Shown here: one piece after another, positions 12,468-24,944 of the stretch
Position numbering within the stretch: position 1 is the first letter of the stretch
Layout: every line of letters begins with the position of its first letter
Assembly: GCA_047495785.1 (NCBI GenBank)
Contig: JBLDXI010000059.1
Span: forward strand, 124,001-188,000
From: Lepidodermella squamata
Taxonomy: Eukaryota; Animalia; Gastrotricha
Length of the DNA: 64,000 bases
Direction: 5' to 3'
Notes under the pieces: generated by a model
Databases searched by the model: none
Told to the model about the DNA's origin: nothing
What the model saw: the letters and a program-made list of their open reading frames with translations, nothing else
Program-made: the position numbers and the translations under genes

Positions 12468-13903
12468 TAAAACCTGACTGAGCTTTGTTGAATCTCGTAA
12501 ATTCCTATAAACAAGGACGAGAACATATTTAAGTGAAACAAATCAATAGCTGTTCAAGAAAAGACTACCGCCAGCCATTTACTTGACGTATAAAAAGGAC
12601 TGGGAGCAGATCCGAACTAGATTCTTGATGTAAGCACGAATTAATTGTGCATGTTTGTGATTCATAATTAGGCTAATAAAAATCTAGCGAGTGTTTTTCA
12701 AGTATTTTACTAAGGTGTAGCAAGAATGTGAGAAAATACGGCAAGTCTAGCCAACCCACGAATGACATTGAACTAACGATACACAATATCAACCTTTGAC
12801 AGCGGAATTGTAGCAGTAAAAGTTACATATTTGAACCTTTAGGTCTGGTTCCTACTTTGGCAAACAGGCATTCACGAAATTTGAATTCAATAATCCATCG
12901 CTAGTTAGGCCTCGATTCTCAGTTTTCCCACCGTCTAAATATTTTTAAAAGCTATAAAGGGTTAGACATTGTGTCCGTTCACTTAGATTATTAGTTCCAT
13001 ATCAAATCGAACAAACGCAAAAGGGATAAAGAGAACATAATCCTCAAATAATCCTGATCTGGAGAACTAATTATCGCCGTGGAGTTGAAAATCGGTCTTC
13101 AAAACTAGTTCTTGCTCATGACATGCATCAAAACCTAACGGACAGTTCTATTAATATGAAGTAAAATCAACAACCTACAACCTAAATTATAATATTAGAA
13201 AATATATGAGCCAACTTCAAACAGAAGACATAACTGGACAGTGCAGCGCCCCGGCGTCGGAGAGTTAGGCAGCACACTTGAAACGCATTATTGAAAATTA
13301 AATAAAACTCCACTGTGTTGAGTTTCAACGGCGCGTGCTTTCCTGCTGGATTGAATGTATTCATAGGCATTATGATGTTGGAATTTGAGGAGGTTACAAA
13401 ACAGAAATGGTCTGATTTGATATTGCACCGTACAGAGGTTTTCAAAAGGTTTCAGGATATAAACTGCAATAGGAAATGATAGATTCAATTCAAAATATTG
13501 AAGACTCATTATTCAAAAGCTGCGCTATTGCAATGATGATGCAAAAACAGGTTTGAGACAACTTGCATTCAGCGAAAATCATACGTGGAATGAGATATAC
13601 TATCATATCCTATACCAGGCCTTACTTCTGAATCAGTGACACGAAGTCATTCACTCTTACCTCACACTCCTAGGCTAGTTATCGAATTAAAAATAGGGAA
13701 TTCAATAGGTAAACGTCTTTGCGCGGGTAACGGGTTTGATCCTGTGACATTATAAAGTTGCTTGACTTGTTACTCCAGATGATAACTCTTCACCGATCAG
13801 TATAAGTAAAAAGTATGTCAAACTTTGGCAAACAAACAACAAATTACTTAAGATTACTCGATATTACGATAGAAAGACGATAAATAGCCAGAGCGGCCTA
13901 AAT

Positions 13904-14186
13904 CAGGGTTTTTTTAAGCAAGCGATTGGTAGTTTCAATTTTTTGGTAGTTACCTCGCTTGAAAATGAAAATGTGTGCTGCATTGGTGAAAATTACATTT
14001 CATTTGAACCAATTATACGAGCGAAGCGAGAACATTTTTAGGGTTTTCCACTAAAATTAGCTCCGAAACCTCCTAAAAAATGAGGATATTGCAGTATAAT
14101 CCAGACGTTACTTCAATTTTGGTTGTTACATTCGGTCCGACTGGTTGTTACATTGTAACATAAGTAACATGCTTAAAAAAACACCG
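13904..14186. mobile_element. Non-autonomous hAT-like MITE (~283 bp)
   Basis: 17-bp TIRs CAGGGTTTTTTTAAGCA / TGCTTAAAAAAACACCG with 2 mismatches. Direct repeat CCTAAAT on both flanks (13897-13903, 14187-14193), or GCCTAAAT if 8 bp. Subterminal GTTAC/GTAAC repeats. Confidence 0.8.
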
Positions 14187-15425
14187 CCTAAATCATAATT
14201 CAGAGTTCAGAAGCGATGGGCGGGGACGAAAGACGAAGGTAGCAGGATTTAATATATTCCAATGTCTGCTGCCGTACATGAGTTAGGACGACGGCCCCAA
14301 ATGCCAGATGGCTTGGTGATTAGCGAGTCAATGATCAATGACTATTAGGGACTGGGTATTTAGGATTTAGGATACGGAGGGTCACGCATGCATTATTGAC
14401 AACCCGTCACTATGGCTCTCGATTATCGGCTCACCTTCTTCCGGAATCCGGAAGGGTAAGAAGAGACGGGAGTTAGAGGAAATCAGGGAGTTAGGACCAG
14501 GAAATCAAGCCCGAAAAATTGGTTTGTTCGGTTTGTTGGGTTCAACCAAAAATTGCCCGCTATTTGCTTTTAACAACAATTATTAATAACTGCACTGTAC
14601 ACATGCAATTTGTTTTTTAATTTCAGCTTCATGGAAAAAATAAATTAACATGCTGGTTTTTCGGCCGGTCGTCCTCGTGGTCCTCGTGGTTTGCCTGCGA
14701 GGAGAACGGTCGAAGAAAGCCAAGGGCAGGCACGTGATGCGCTTAGCTGGATGATCATGCGGACTGCGGACCCTGTGGGTCAACTCGAACATATACCGTG
14801 CTGTCACTAGGTTGATTGCTGGGGTACCATAACTCTGGGCCGGTGAAAATGTCGTAAATGGTGAAAGCGCCTTAAATTTTTATACCTGAAGGATCATTTG
14901 ATGAATGAGTTGGATCATTTGAGAAAACAAAAGCAATCTTAGCTGAGTCATATTCGTTTTTCGATCGTCAACCGTAAACCTGAAATGTCCGCAGTATTGC
15001 TATCGAGTAAAGTATATTTCTACTTGATTATCGAAGTTACACCTAAGCATCCTGCCGTTTTTTCACGGCTGTCCTTTCCATCGATATATTAGCGTCTTCG
15101 AGTGCCACGTCGAACATAGTTTTATTACAACCGAAAAGGCAAAATGTGCCGATGTTGAAGTCTGGTTCTTATTGAACATGTTGGACGCAATAAATGAAAC
15201 TCGAGTATTTTCGATGCGCATGTATTTTCTGCTTTTTTGTACTCTTGAATAACAAAATCTTTCTTTGTTCAGGTAGTAAGTTCAGCGCTTTTTTCAACCT
15301 GAAAAGCAAAGTGCCTACGAGGACGTTTTTCTTGTTAATTATCTTTATTTCATATAAATGAGAGTGGCGTAATTTCATTATTTCGACTTACGACCTACGT
15401 TTTATTTCAGTTTTTAGGTTTTGAA

Positions 15426-18147
15426 ATGCGCTTCCATTCTCTGAGTGGATTTTCTTCTAATCTTGAAAGTTTTGCCATCTTCTCTGCCGGAGGAATACTG
15501 AGCAATTGGGACTGTCGAAGTTCAGCTGGACCTAAATTGATTTCATCGACCGTTTTGCCCAATCATTTGCAATCGGTATGCACGTGCTTTGCTTGGTCGC
15601 CTTACGATGCTAAACCAAAAGTAAGTTTCAGCCGTTGATAATTTTGCGGTGCAGTATGCATTTGTCTTATAGAGTTCAAATGCTAATCTGCTTGCATATG
15701 GATCTAGCAGTGGAGCTGTGTTCAGTTTCAATGTTTCAAGCTGTTCAGTTAATGCTCTTCCGGTTCGCAAATAGTTAAATAATTTTAGGCTAATCAAGCG
15801 ACGATATTTTTGATATGTTTAGGAAAATGGACACACAGGTGCCGTAACGTCTGCAGCTTGGGATCAGAACGGCTCAGCTTTGTATACTGCAGCTGATGAT
15901 GGCTTTATAATCGAATGGAATACAAAAACCAGCAAACTTACGAAAAGATGGCGTTGTCCACATTTAGATGCACGTGGCCGCGGTGGTTACTCAGCACTTA
16001 CTGTTGTTTCGAACAGCACATTAGTTGCTGCCCGACAACAAATAGATGTATGGGACATGCAGAATGGGCGGGTTATTCACGTAAGTGCATCAAATTTATG
16101 TCGATGTCTCGCTCAACGGAATGCTTAATTGTAGTCATTTGTCGGCCATTCGTCCAACGTGGTTGCTCTATTGCCAGTCACATGTTCGGACAATGGATCA
16201 GACGAGCAAAGTAATTACGTTCTATCAATCGCCAAGAATGATCGCGTCTTGTACGCTTGGTAGGAATTATGCCTGCTTATGTTTTTCAGCGCTAATATTA
16301 TTGATTTAGGCGAATTGACGCGCCTTCAGCGAAACCATCTGCTGACCAGTCAGGCCCATCGGCAGCATTCCTTTTGCCTGATACAGCGATCACCGCCCAA
16401 GCAGCTTTTCATCCGGATTCTCACGTAAGCTTGCCTTATTTCGGGTGTTGACATTCTTATTATTTTCGTTTTAATAGACGGCTCACATATTTGTTGTTTT
16501 ATCTAATGGATGTATTGCGGCTTACCGTCATGTGCTCAATGGGTAAGTTTGAATGCATCACGGTGATTCATTATAATCGTTCTTCTAAATTCAGAAAGAA
16601 AATTCGTGAACCAATCAAACATATTGCGCTGATCGAAATTGTCAGCCCGGGATCCAACAAACGGCAACCGATAGTTAACATTTCCAGGTTGACCGAACCA
16701 GATTCAATGATTCTTGCCTACGGCGACGCTTCTCGTCCTAATTTCGAAAACTTCGTAGGTTTATCCCATATAATTAAAACATTGTTAAGTAGTTGAATGA
16801 AATGTACAGAACATGAAATTGCACTGGAACGAAAAGCATGTGAAAATAACACGGGAAATCCAAGTTGCTCAAATTAAAGAGGCGACCGCTGACGGAACCG
16901 CTGAGATTACTGGCAAATTTCATGTTGCCACTGCAATTCCGTCGTCGTCGATCAAGTCTGGAAACAAACGCACGTTAGGCGAAACTCTGGCTCAAAACAG
17001 CCACAATACGCCTAAAGAGCTGAACGCATCCAGCGTGTTAGCTCAAGGCTTGTTATCGCGTGATCAGCGCATTCTCGACTCTGTACTCGGAGGTCCTGGT
17101 GCAGACAATGTTGCTAAGAAGAATTCGCAAAATCAAAAACATATCGAGGCCGCTGTTGGCAATCTTGACAACGCTTTGTTACTCACATTGCTCGAAGAAC
17201 TCACCGCTCGACTTGCGACTGGTCATCCGGCTGCTTCTCAGTAAACTTATTATATTTAAATTAGCCGACTGAGGTTACATTGTGAATTAACAGGATAGCG
17301 GCTCGCTGGCTGACAGTTTTGCTGCGATTCCGCGGTGCAAGATTAGCTTCGGTATGTGATCAGCCAGAGTATGCATTTACCACTGTTTAATTGATCTTGG
17401 ATACAGGCTAATTCGGCGAATTCGCCAAACAACGCAGTCGCGAGTAAATTATCGCACTTGCGGGATACGCTTATTACCCGAACGCTCGACTCGTCACGTG
17501 TGCTGCAGCTACGTGGTCGTCTGCGAATGTTGCGCGAGATGGCATCACCCGCCGCGAAAAATCCGACCACGAAACCGGCGAACCAGCCCGCAGAAGCTGA
17601 TAAGCAATCGTCGCGCCTGCCGTTCGTGCTGTCTGCCGCTGATATGTCGTCCGCCAGCGAGGATGAAAGCAGTGATGATTCGGACTCTGCGCTTGGTAAA
17701 AATTATCGATTTTGCGTCATAAATAAATCAGCTGTTGTTGTTGATGTTGCAGAAGTGGAGGTCAAGCGGAGGAAACAAATTGGCGGCGGCGGCAAGCGTA
17801 AAAAAGCCAGTGACGAAGCGAGTGACGAATCGGAGGTCGAACTCGCCTCTGATAACGACGACGAGGATTTGCCGGAGGGAGAGCGCGATGATCGATTAGG
17901 TGCCTCGTCCGACGATGATGATGCGCCTAACAGTGACGAGGACGAAGAAGACGCACCCAAGCAAAACGGCTTCCACGAGTCTGACGAAGAGATGATGAAC
18001 TACGACCTCGAAGATGATGAGGATGAAGAAGTGGCCGAAATAATTGCCTCGAAGAAAAATAAGAAAGACAAGCCGCGTAAAGGCTTTACGTCGTTGAGTA
18101 GCAAAACCAACGGTCATTCCACGAAAAAAAGAGCCGGAAAAGTTTGA
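15426..18147 (+). CDS. WDR43: WD repeat-containing protein 43 (UTP5), multi-exon
   Basis: N-terminal WD40 repeats (GHTGAVTSAAWD..LYTAADDGFIIEWN, GHSSNV), a Utp12-like domain (SVLAQGLLSRDQRILDSVL ... VLQLRGRLRML) and an acidic/basic tail. Confidence 0.85.
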
Positions 18148-19517
18148 GCGTGATCGAGGACACCGATGCTTCCCTAATCATTGTGCTATATCTTAAATCA
18201 AACTAGGCAACTCTGCTAAATAAAATAATGTGCAAGAAGCAGGAATTGTAATAAAATTGTGAAGGCTTTGGTTTCCATCGCTGTTGTATACGCTTTTCTA
18301 ATCAATTTTAGGGGCTGAGAGGAAAGTGCTGCGGGCCTAAGAATCAAATAAAGAAATTGAGAATTCCTCTTTGCGAAAGGAAAGTATTGATTTTGCTGGT
18401 GTAATCCGTTTATTCCGATATTTGCGTAATCATTGCACGCTTATTTCACGAGAAATGCGCATTGCAGCACTCATCACCTGAAAATTTGTCCGCGTTCTCA
18501 CACGCAAATTCCAATGAGGCGGCAGCAAAATGGAACTTCCGGTTAGCCGCTTTGATATTAGCGCGCCCAACGTAATAATTATTATTCATGCGTTAGCTGT
18601 CACGCTGCTGTGATACGACGACCAAAAAACCACGCAAAAATTACGAATAGAACCGACTTTATTTTCTTTCCTCCAATGACTTCGTGGTGCGCATCAAATG
18701 TGATGATGTAAAAACGAGAAATGATTCAGTAAAGCCAAACCGCGAATCGCAGCGTTTTTACGTTGCGAATAATAGAATTTACGAGTAATATTACTATATA
18801 CTAGGTTTTCCTCATAATATTTTTACCGCATAAAGACGCAATGGTTTTGTTTACTCTCGAACATAGATACTGCTAATGACGAGTGTTATTAAGTGTTGAC
18901 GAGGAGATGACTCAATGAGACGAAGGTAGCTTGTTGACATAGTAATTGTTCTATTGCGATTCCCGAATGATGACAAGGCATAAATTATCGCTACAAACAT
19001 GGGTTAGAGGATCATGCACGCAAACATAACAATTAAATTTGACGGTATTGCTCATCGAATCTTCTAAGATTGACATTTCCGAATAAATATCCAATTCAGG
19101 AGTGCGATTGTGTCATTGGCTCCACCGGTCCAAGGGTCTAACGAATACGAATACGTTCATCTGCCAGTCTAGCTTTACGGAGTGCATCTCGAAGCATGCA
19201 GTGACTAGAAAGTTTAAACGCGAGCAAATCAAGCCAATACTGCGATGGAAACCTGGGAGTTACAATGGCAATATTATCATCAACGTACTTGATATAAGAT
19301 TTGAGAACCATTACTCCATGTACAAAGATAGAAAGAAGCAGCTTGAAGGTTCATGAATGAATCAAATAATAATAAGAAATTACCACCTTTCATTACATAT
19401 ATTCCGGTATTAAAAAGGTTAACGAACGCACGCATAAATATTATGATATATTGGATTAGCAAATAATAGATCTCTCCTGAAACACATCATAGGTTGCAGT
19501 ACGCTTGTATATAAAAT

Positions 19518-21523
19518 TCAAACATTCGCAATGAATGGAGCATCTTTGAAAGGGTTGTTGTTACTAGGCACATTAGCCACGCCGGCAGACGAGAACGGGT
19601 CGTTGGACGCGGCCGGCGACGAAGGCCATGGCAGACTCGTCGACTGCATTTGCGCGAACGGCTGTTGCTGCTGCTGCTGCTGGGGAGAGGCCATCGAGAA
19701 ACTAGCGGGAGAGTTGTGCGCCACTGGGAACGCCTGCCACTGCGAGGGCGCGGGGAAGTGAGTCGTCGTCGCTGGCGCGTAGCTGTAAGCTGCAGGTTGG
19801 GCAACCGGCAGAGAACTGTACGCGTTGTTCGTCGGAGGCGCAGCGAGAGGTGTTGACACACCATTCGTTGCCAAGAACGGGTTGCGGGCAGTACTCGACG
19901 CAGTAGGGTGGTTGGCTGCTGCGAATGGGGAAGTTGCAGCGATAGGAGAGACAGCGCCTGCTACCGCCGGGCTAGTCATCACGTTCAATGGGGTGATATT
20001 TTGTATCGGCTGCTGCGATGGTATAGTGTTGTAAATTTGTTTCGTCGCCTGTTGTTGGCCGTTCGTCAAGCCGTTCTGCGGCGGAGAAGATAACAGGCCA
20101 GCTGTTAACTGCTCGCAAAGTTGCGTGACCGCATCAGCAGCCGCTGCAACTTGTGGATTCGCAGGTGAACTCCATGGGTCTTCCTCCGGTATACTAGCAG
20201 GAATCGAGCTTGGCACATTGCCGTACCCGGGGGTTGAAAACCCGGCTGTAGCTGACGAAGATCTCGGGAATGCAAGCATCCCACCAGCGGATCCAAGCTG
20301 GCTGCTAGTGGACAATGATGACTGCATTTGGCCTGCGTTGTTGTTGCTAATATTGTTAGCGAACTGCGAAGAAGCAGACAGAGGAACAATAGGGCGGCCT
20401 TTGACGACGTTGGCAGCAGCAGTGCCGTCAAGGCGGAGAGAGGTTGACCGACGGAAATTATTGCCAGCCGACACCGGTGGAGGAGGAATAAGGATCGGAT
20501 TATTAGGACTAAATTGATTGGCCGAGAAAGATGAAGGAACATTGAACGAGGCAGACCCACCAGTAGCGGAAGATGGAGTACCCTGTGACGCGGACGAATA
20601 GTCATAAGCGGAAGCGGAACCTGGCAAACGCATAGAGGCGAATCGTCGATACATAAGATCTTCAGAGGCTCGAGGTCGCGGTATAGCGTGAGAGGCGATA
20701 GCCGAATCGTCTTGAGAATTGCCGACTGTGAGAGGAGGAGGAGGTTCAACAACTTGACTAATCTGAGGGTCAAGAAGCTTTTCGGTTAGAGTTGTTTGAC
20801 GGAAACTACCAATGCGGGTAAAGGTGGTTCCTCGATTGTCAGAAAACTCCGCCTTAACTACGCAGTCTCTCTCACGTTGTTGCTTTCTTTCGAGGCATAC
20901 TGCAAAGGCACAGCCAACAGCGTGGCTTAGCCTTTCTCCAGAATCGCGAACAGCCATGAAGCCATGACAAAGCCATCGCCGCGTAGTTCCATCTCGACAT
21001 ATGTAAGCAAAAGCTTTTTCATGATTCCGATCAGGACTGCAGAATGAAACCTGCAAAAATATGGGCATAAGGCCAAGTCATACAAAGACCTATAATCCAA
21101 CCTTTTCAATAGTTTGATCAACTATCAGTCCTTTCTGCTCCGTTGGAGATTTCAGTTTTGTTATTTCATCCACGACTCGGATAGCGTCTCCGCTAACATA
21201 AAGGATAGCCCGTTGCTGTTTGCCGCGAGCACGTGCTTTGAGCTTCTTTATCGCTTCCTCGCAAACATGCATTCCTCTCGATTCGGTCACTTCAATATTA
21301 CCCAGATATTTGACCTGAAATTGACTTCATATATACGAAAAATATGTAGCAAGATTCGAAATACCTGAAACGAGCAAGTTCCTTCGCGAACTTTTTTCTC
21401 ATCCTCCAACCACTGATGAGGTTTCCCTCCATCTGTCGAAGCAGATGCAGAGCCGTCTGTGTCGCTCTTTTTCTTTCGCCGGAAAGTCAACGTCCGCTTA
21501 AATCGTGACCAAGCAGTATCCAT
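19518..21523 (-). CDS. NUMB: Numb (PTB and NumbF domains, DPF/NPF motifs), 3 exons
   Basis: [96 protein letters not shown]-terminal DPF and NPF motifs. Confidence 0.96.
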
Positions 21524-22946
21524 CAAAAATATTCATAAATTCATTTTGAAACAACTAAACAGCATATCATAATCAAGATTGAAAACTCTATCGAGTGACA
21601 GAAAATACAACTTCAATCATGTTCAATACAATTAAATCATCACGAAAGAGTTAAATTCATGAAATAATATTAAAATTGTGTGAATCAGAATTTACAAGTA
21701 TTGTTAACCAATCGTGAACATAGAATTGATCCATATTAGATTCAAAATTCTAGGTTATATTCGAACCAATTGTACGACAATAGATATTGACGAGCCTATG
21801 TTGCGACTACGGCGTGGGACGAGGTGGAACCTCATACGAAAAGTACCGATAAGCAAGCCACAAAATTAGGTCGCCAAAGACATACGATTAGATTTTAAAT
21901 TGGGCGTGGGAAAATTGGTCCAAATACTTGAACCAAAAAAATCATAGATCATAGGTTTTGCTTCTATTTGCCATTTTTGCCCTCTACCTTGAACACGGAA
22001 TTAAATAAAACGATTTAACGGCTATGTATAGCTAGCAACCAGCTAAATGTCAGTTCTAAAAAGTAGCCATTGGCTCGCAGGTGCAAAAAAACAAATCGCA
22101 CATCATTTTGCTCTCCCGGTCCATTAAACTGGGAAGATTTGGGTATTTGAAATATACAATGTAACAAAGAAGTATGATAAATGATGAGCAAAACGGACAT
22201 ATTGCTTGGTCATATCAAAATGAATCAATAGCAGAAGCGATCGCTCTTATCTAAAATAGTCATGATTCACGAGCAAGTTAACCTTACATTCGAAGCCATT
22301 TTCTTTCATGATCCCGCACCTCTTCGGCTGCGGGCCTTTCTTGTGGCGACAGGGAGCAAGTTGTCCCTAACCTGCGAACTACGCCCCGATGAACCTTTGA
22401 AAAGCTCACGTTTTCAAGCTATGAGTGGGCCAAGAACACTTGAAACAAGAAACAAGAAGTCCACGCGTTAGCATTTGCATCAAAGCTCCCTCTGGAAATG
22501 CTCGTTGTGAATCAGTACCCCTTTAAAAATCGCAATATTTGAAAAATCTTTTAGATTAAAGATATTATAAATAAAACGAAAAGTGAAAACAACAATAATT
22601 ATTGGAATACAATTATATTGCAAGGTCAAATGAATAAATTTAGTTTTCAAGCCAATTTTTCAGGGGCCGAGATCGCCGATAAACGCGTCCTGGCTTCGCG
22701 AGCTTGCCTATGATCGGCAATCGGCGATCAGCCTATACGTAATGCCATTCTTCACGAGTTGTTAGCTCATGATGGGCCATCTGCGCACCTAGAAGAAGCC
22801 TGTCTTTTCTACTCAAAAAGCATCTCTAATTGATTAGAATTTCTTGGGAATTTCTCTCTATGGCGCTTCTAAATATTTTCTTATGTTTAACCATAGTACC
22901 CTGATTTCTCATATAAAATCATTTGATAGTCATATTCTGCTACTAT

Positions 22947-24827
22947 ATGTGGCCTCCCAGCAGAGGGGGCTTTCCACAACAGGTTCGCCTTTAAGATAAA
23001 CCCGAAATAATTTTATTAACTTGAAATATTGAACGCAGCCTGGTACCATTCCTCCGCCTATCGAATATCCGGCTCGATCAGAACGCCCTACATACTATCA
23101 AAATTTTGCAACCAGTAATCTCAGTCCTCAAGTTGCTCCTGGCATTCAATTCCAGCATTTGTCATACCCTGGGGGACAATGGCCACAGCCGCAACAGCAA
23201 ATAGCCATTCGGCAGGTGGGAACTTCTTTGGCAGATTGATCAGGAATTACTACTGATGTTGCTTTATTGTAGCTTCCGTATCAGCATCCCCACGTTGCCG
23301 CAGATATTAATCGTCCTAGTCATAATATTAACCATCCAATGTTTCAACGGCAGCCGATCAATAGTCAACCCACGTTGTGTCCTCCGCGCCATCTATACCA
23401 GCCACCTCACTACCCTTTGCAAATGTCGAACCTGCCACAAAGCAATGTGGTATCCGCCATTCAGCATCCTGTGCAATACCAACCGGTCAAGTACTGATGG
23501 TGTGATTTATTTATTTAATCAGGAGCTATCGATTCTTGCCTTATTAGCCCAATGTTTCCCGTGCCAGCGCAGCCCGGTCCGTTGAACATTGCGGCGAATT
23601 CTGATCACCCCCCTGGTCCTCCAAAACCTCGCGTGATTAATGTTAACGCATTGCTTAACTCCGTCAGTTGTCACACTAGACCTCCGAGAATTGTTATAAT
23701 TTTACGAGGCTTACCAGGTATTCCTTAATTTCCCAGTCACAACTGAGTTCTTATTTACATTTATTTGAATCTTAAGGAGCGGGAAAAACATTCGCCGCTC
23801 GCGCTATAAAAGAGAAAGAGATGGCTATTTCAGGGAAAAGCCCGAGGATTTTATCGATTGACGACTATTTCATGGTTGATCCAGATGAAGAAGGCACGAG
23901 CGAATCAAAAGTAAGCATAATTTGAAAACATATTCTTTTTGCAGGATTTGTGTTGCATTTAGTACGAATTTGATTCTTCGCTGGAAAAAAATTATCGCTC
24001 GGCTTTGTTTAAAAGTTTCAAAAAGACTCTCGACGATGCGTTATTTTCTCTCGTTATCGTCGATGCTTGCAATGATAAAGTATCTTACTTCGACGAATAC
24101 GTGACGTATTCGATGTCACGGGGCTATACTGCTTACGTGGCAACTGTTAGGGAGGAGGTAGAAATTTGCAAAACGAGGTCTCAAGGACGCCGGGACATAA
24201 ACGATGTTCACCAAATGGCGAGATTTTGGGAACGAACTCCAGACGGATTTCTGCAATTAGACTTGACACCACTTTTGAAAGCTGACATAAACACTGTGGA
24301 AATGGAGGATGCAGACAATACTTGCAGCGTCGATCGAAAGCGTCACGCTGATTCGCTTGATCAGGCGGAATTTGCAGAGAAGCGTAGCAAATGGGAAATG
24401 TTGGATGCGACGGAGGAGCAAATTGGTTTGACTTCTTATATTACTGTGTTCCCTGTATTGAGTCCGATTGCTTCATGTAGATCGACTTGATGGTCTTCCT
24501 CGAGTTAAGAAAATTCGGAATCATGAAGATTCAACGGCTCATCAGCCATCGGCGAGTCAAGGGTCTATTTTTAGTGAAACAGGACTTGCTTTATTTGATA
24601 ACGTAAATTGTGAGGACCTATTAATTAAACATAAGAAACATGTAACTTGGGCAGACATTGAGCAGTACAAAAGGTTAGTATTAATTGAAGATTTGATATC
24701 GATGGTATTTGATGTAATTTTACTTTGCCAATTTTCTAGGTGTCTTAAAGAACGTTCGAATGAATTCGATCGAATGCTTTCAGAAATTAATGCCCGCAAT
24801 GCACTCGTCAAGGTGCACATGATTTGA
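22947..24827 (+). CDS. YLPM1: Short YLPM1/ZAP3-like protein (Pro/Gln-rich N-terminus, P-loop kinase domain, PP1-binding motif), multi-exon
   Basis: RPPRIVIILRGLPGAGKT, RILSIDDYF, YRSALFKSFKKTLDD..VIVDACN, WERTP..LQLDL, SKWEM, LDRLDGL and RVxF-type KKHVTWAD. Start codon inferred. Confidence 0.8.
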
Positions 24828-24944
24828 TCGATCACTGCTGTGAGAGCAAAATTTTCTTATCATATTGTTTAAAACACGTTTCAAGTTTTGTAAATAACTG
24901 TTTAAAAAATAGATTTTTAAATAAGAATCGCTACAACGCAGCGT

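Noticed and set aside
13715-13800. tRNA or SINE-like B-box on the minus strand (GGATCAAACCC)
   Set aside because: No cloverleaf or matching A-box. At most a decayed SINE fragment.
21413-21450. CTGATGAG hammerhead core motif
   Set aside because: Antisense to the conserved Numb PHQW codons, with no properly placed GAAA or stems.
22040-22835. Coding-like frames interrupted by TGA, suggesting a selenoprotein or stop recoding (e.g. RACL*SAIGDQ); similar cases near 15270 and 37190
   Set aside because: TAA/TAG stops and frame changes also occur, there is no recognisable selenoprotein motif or SECIS, and real genes here end in TGA. More likely decayed or non-coding sequence.
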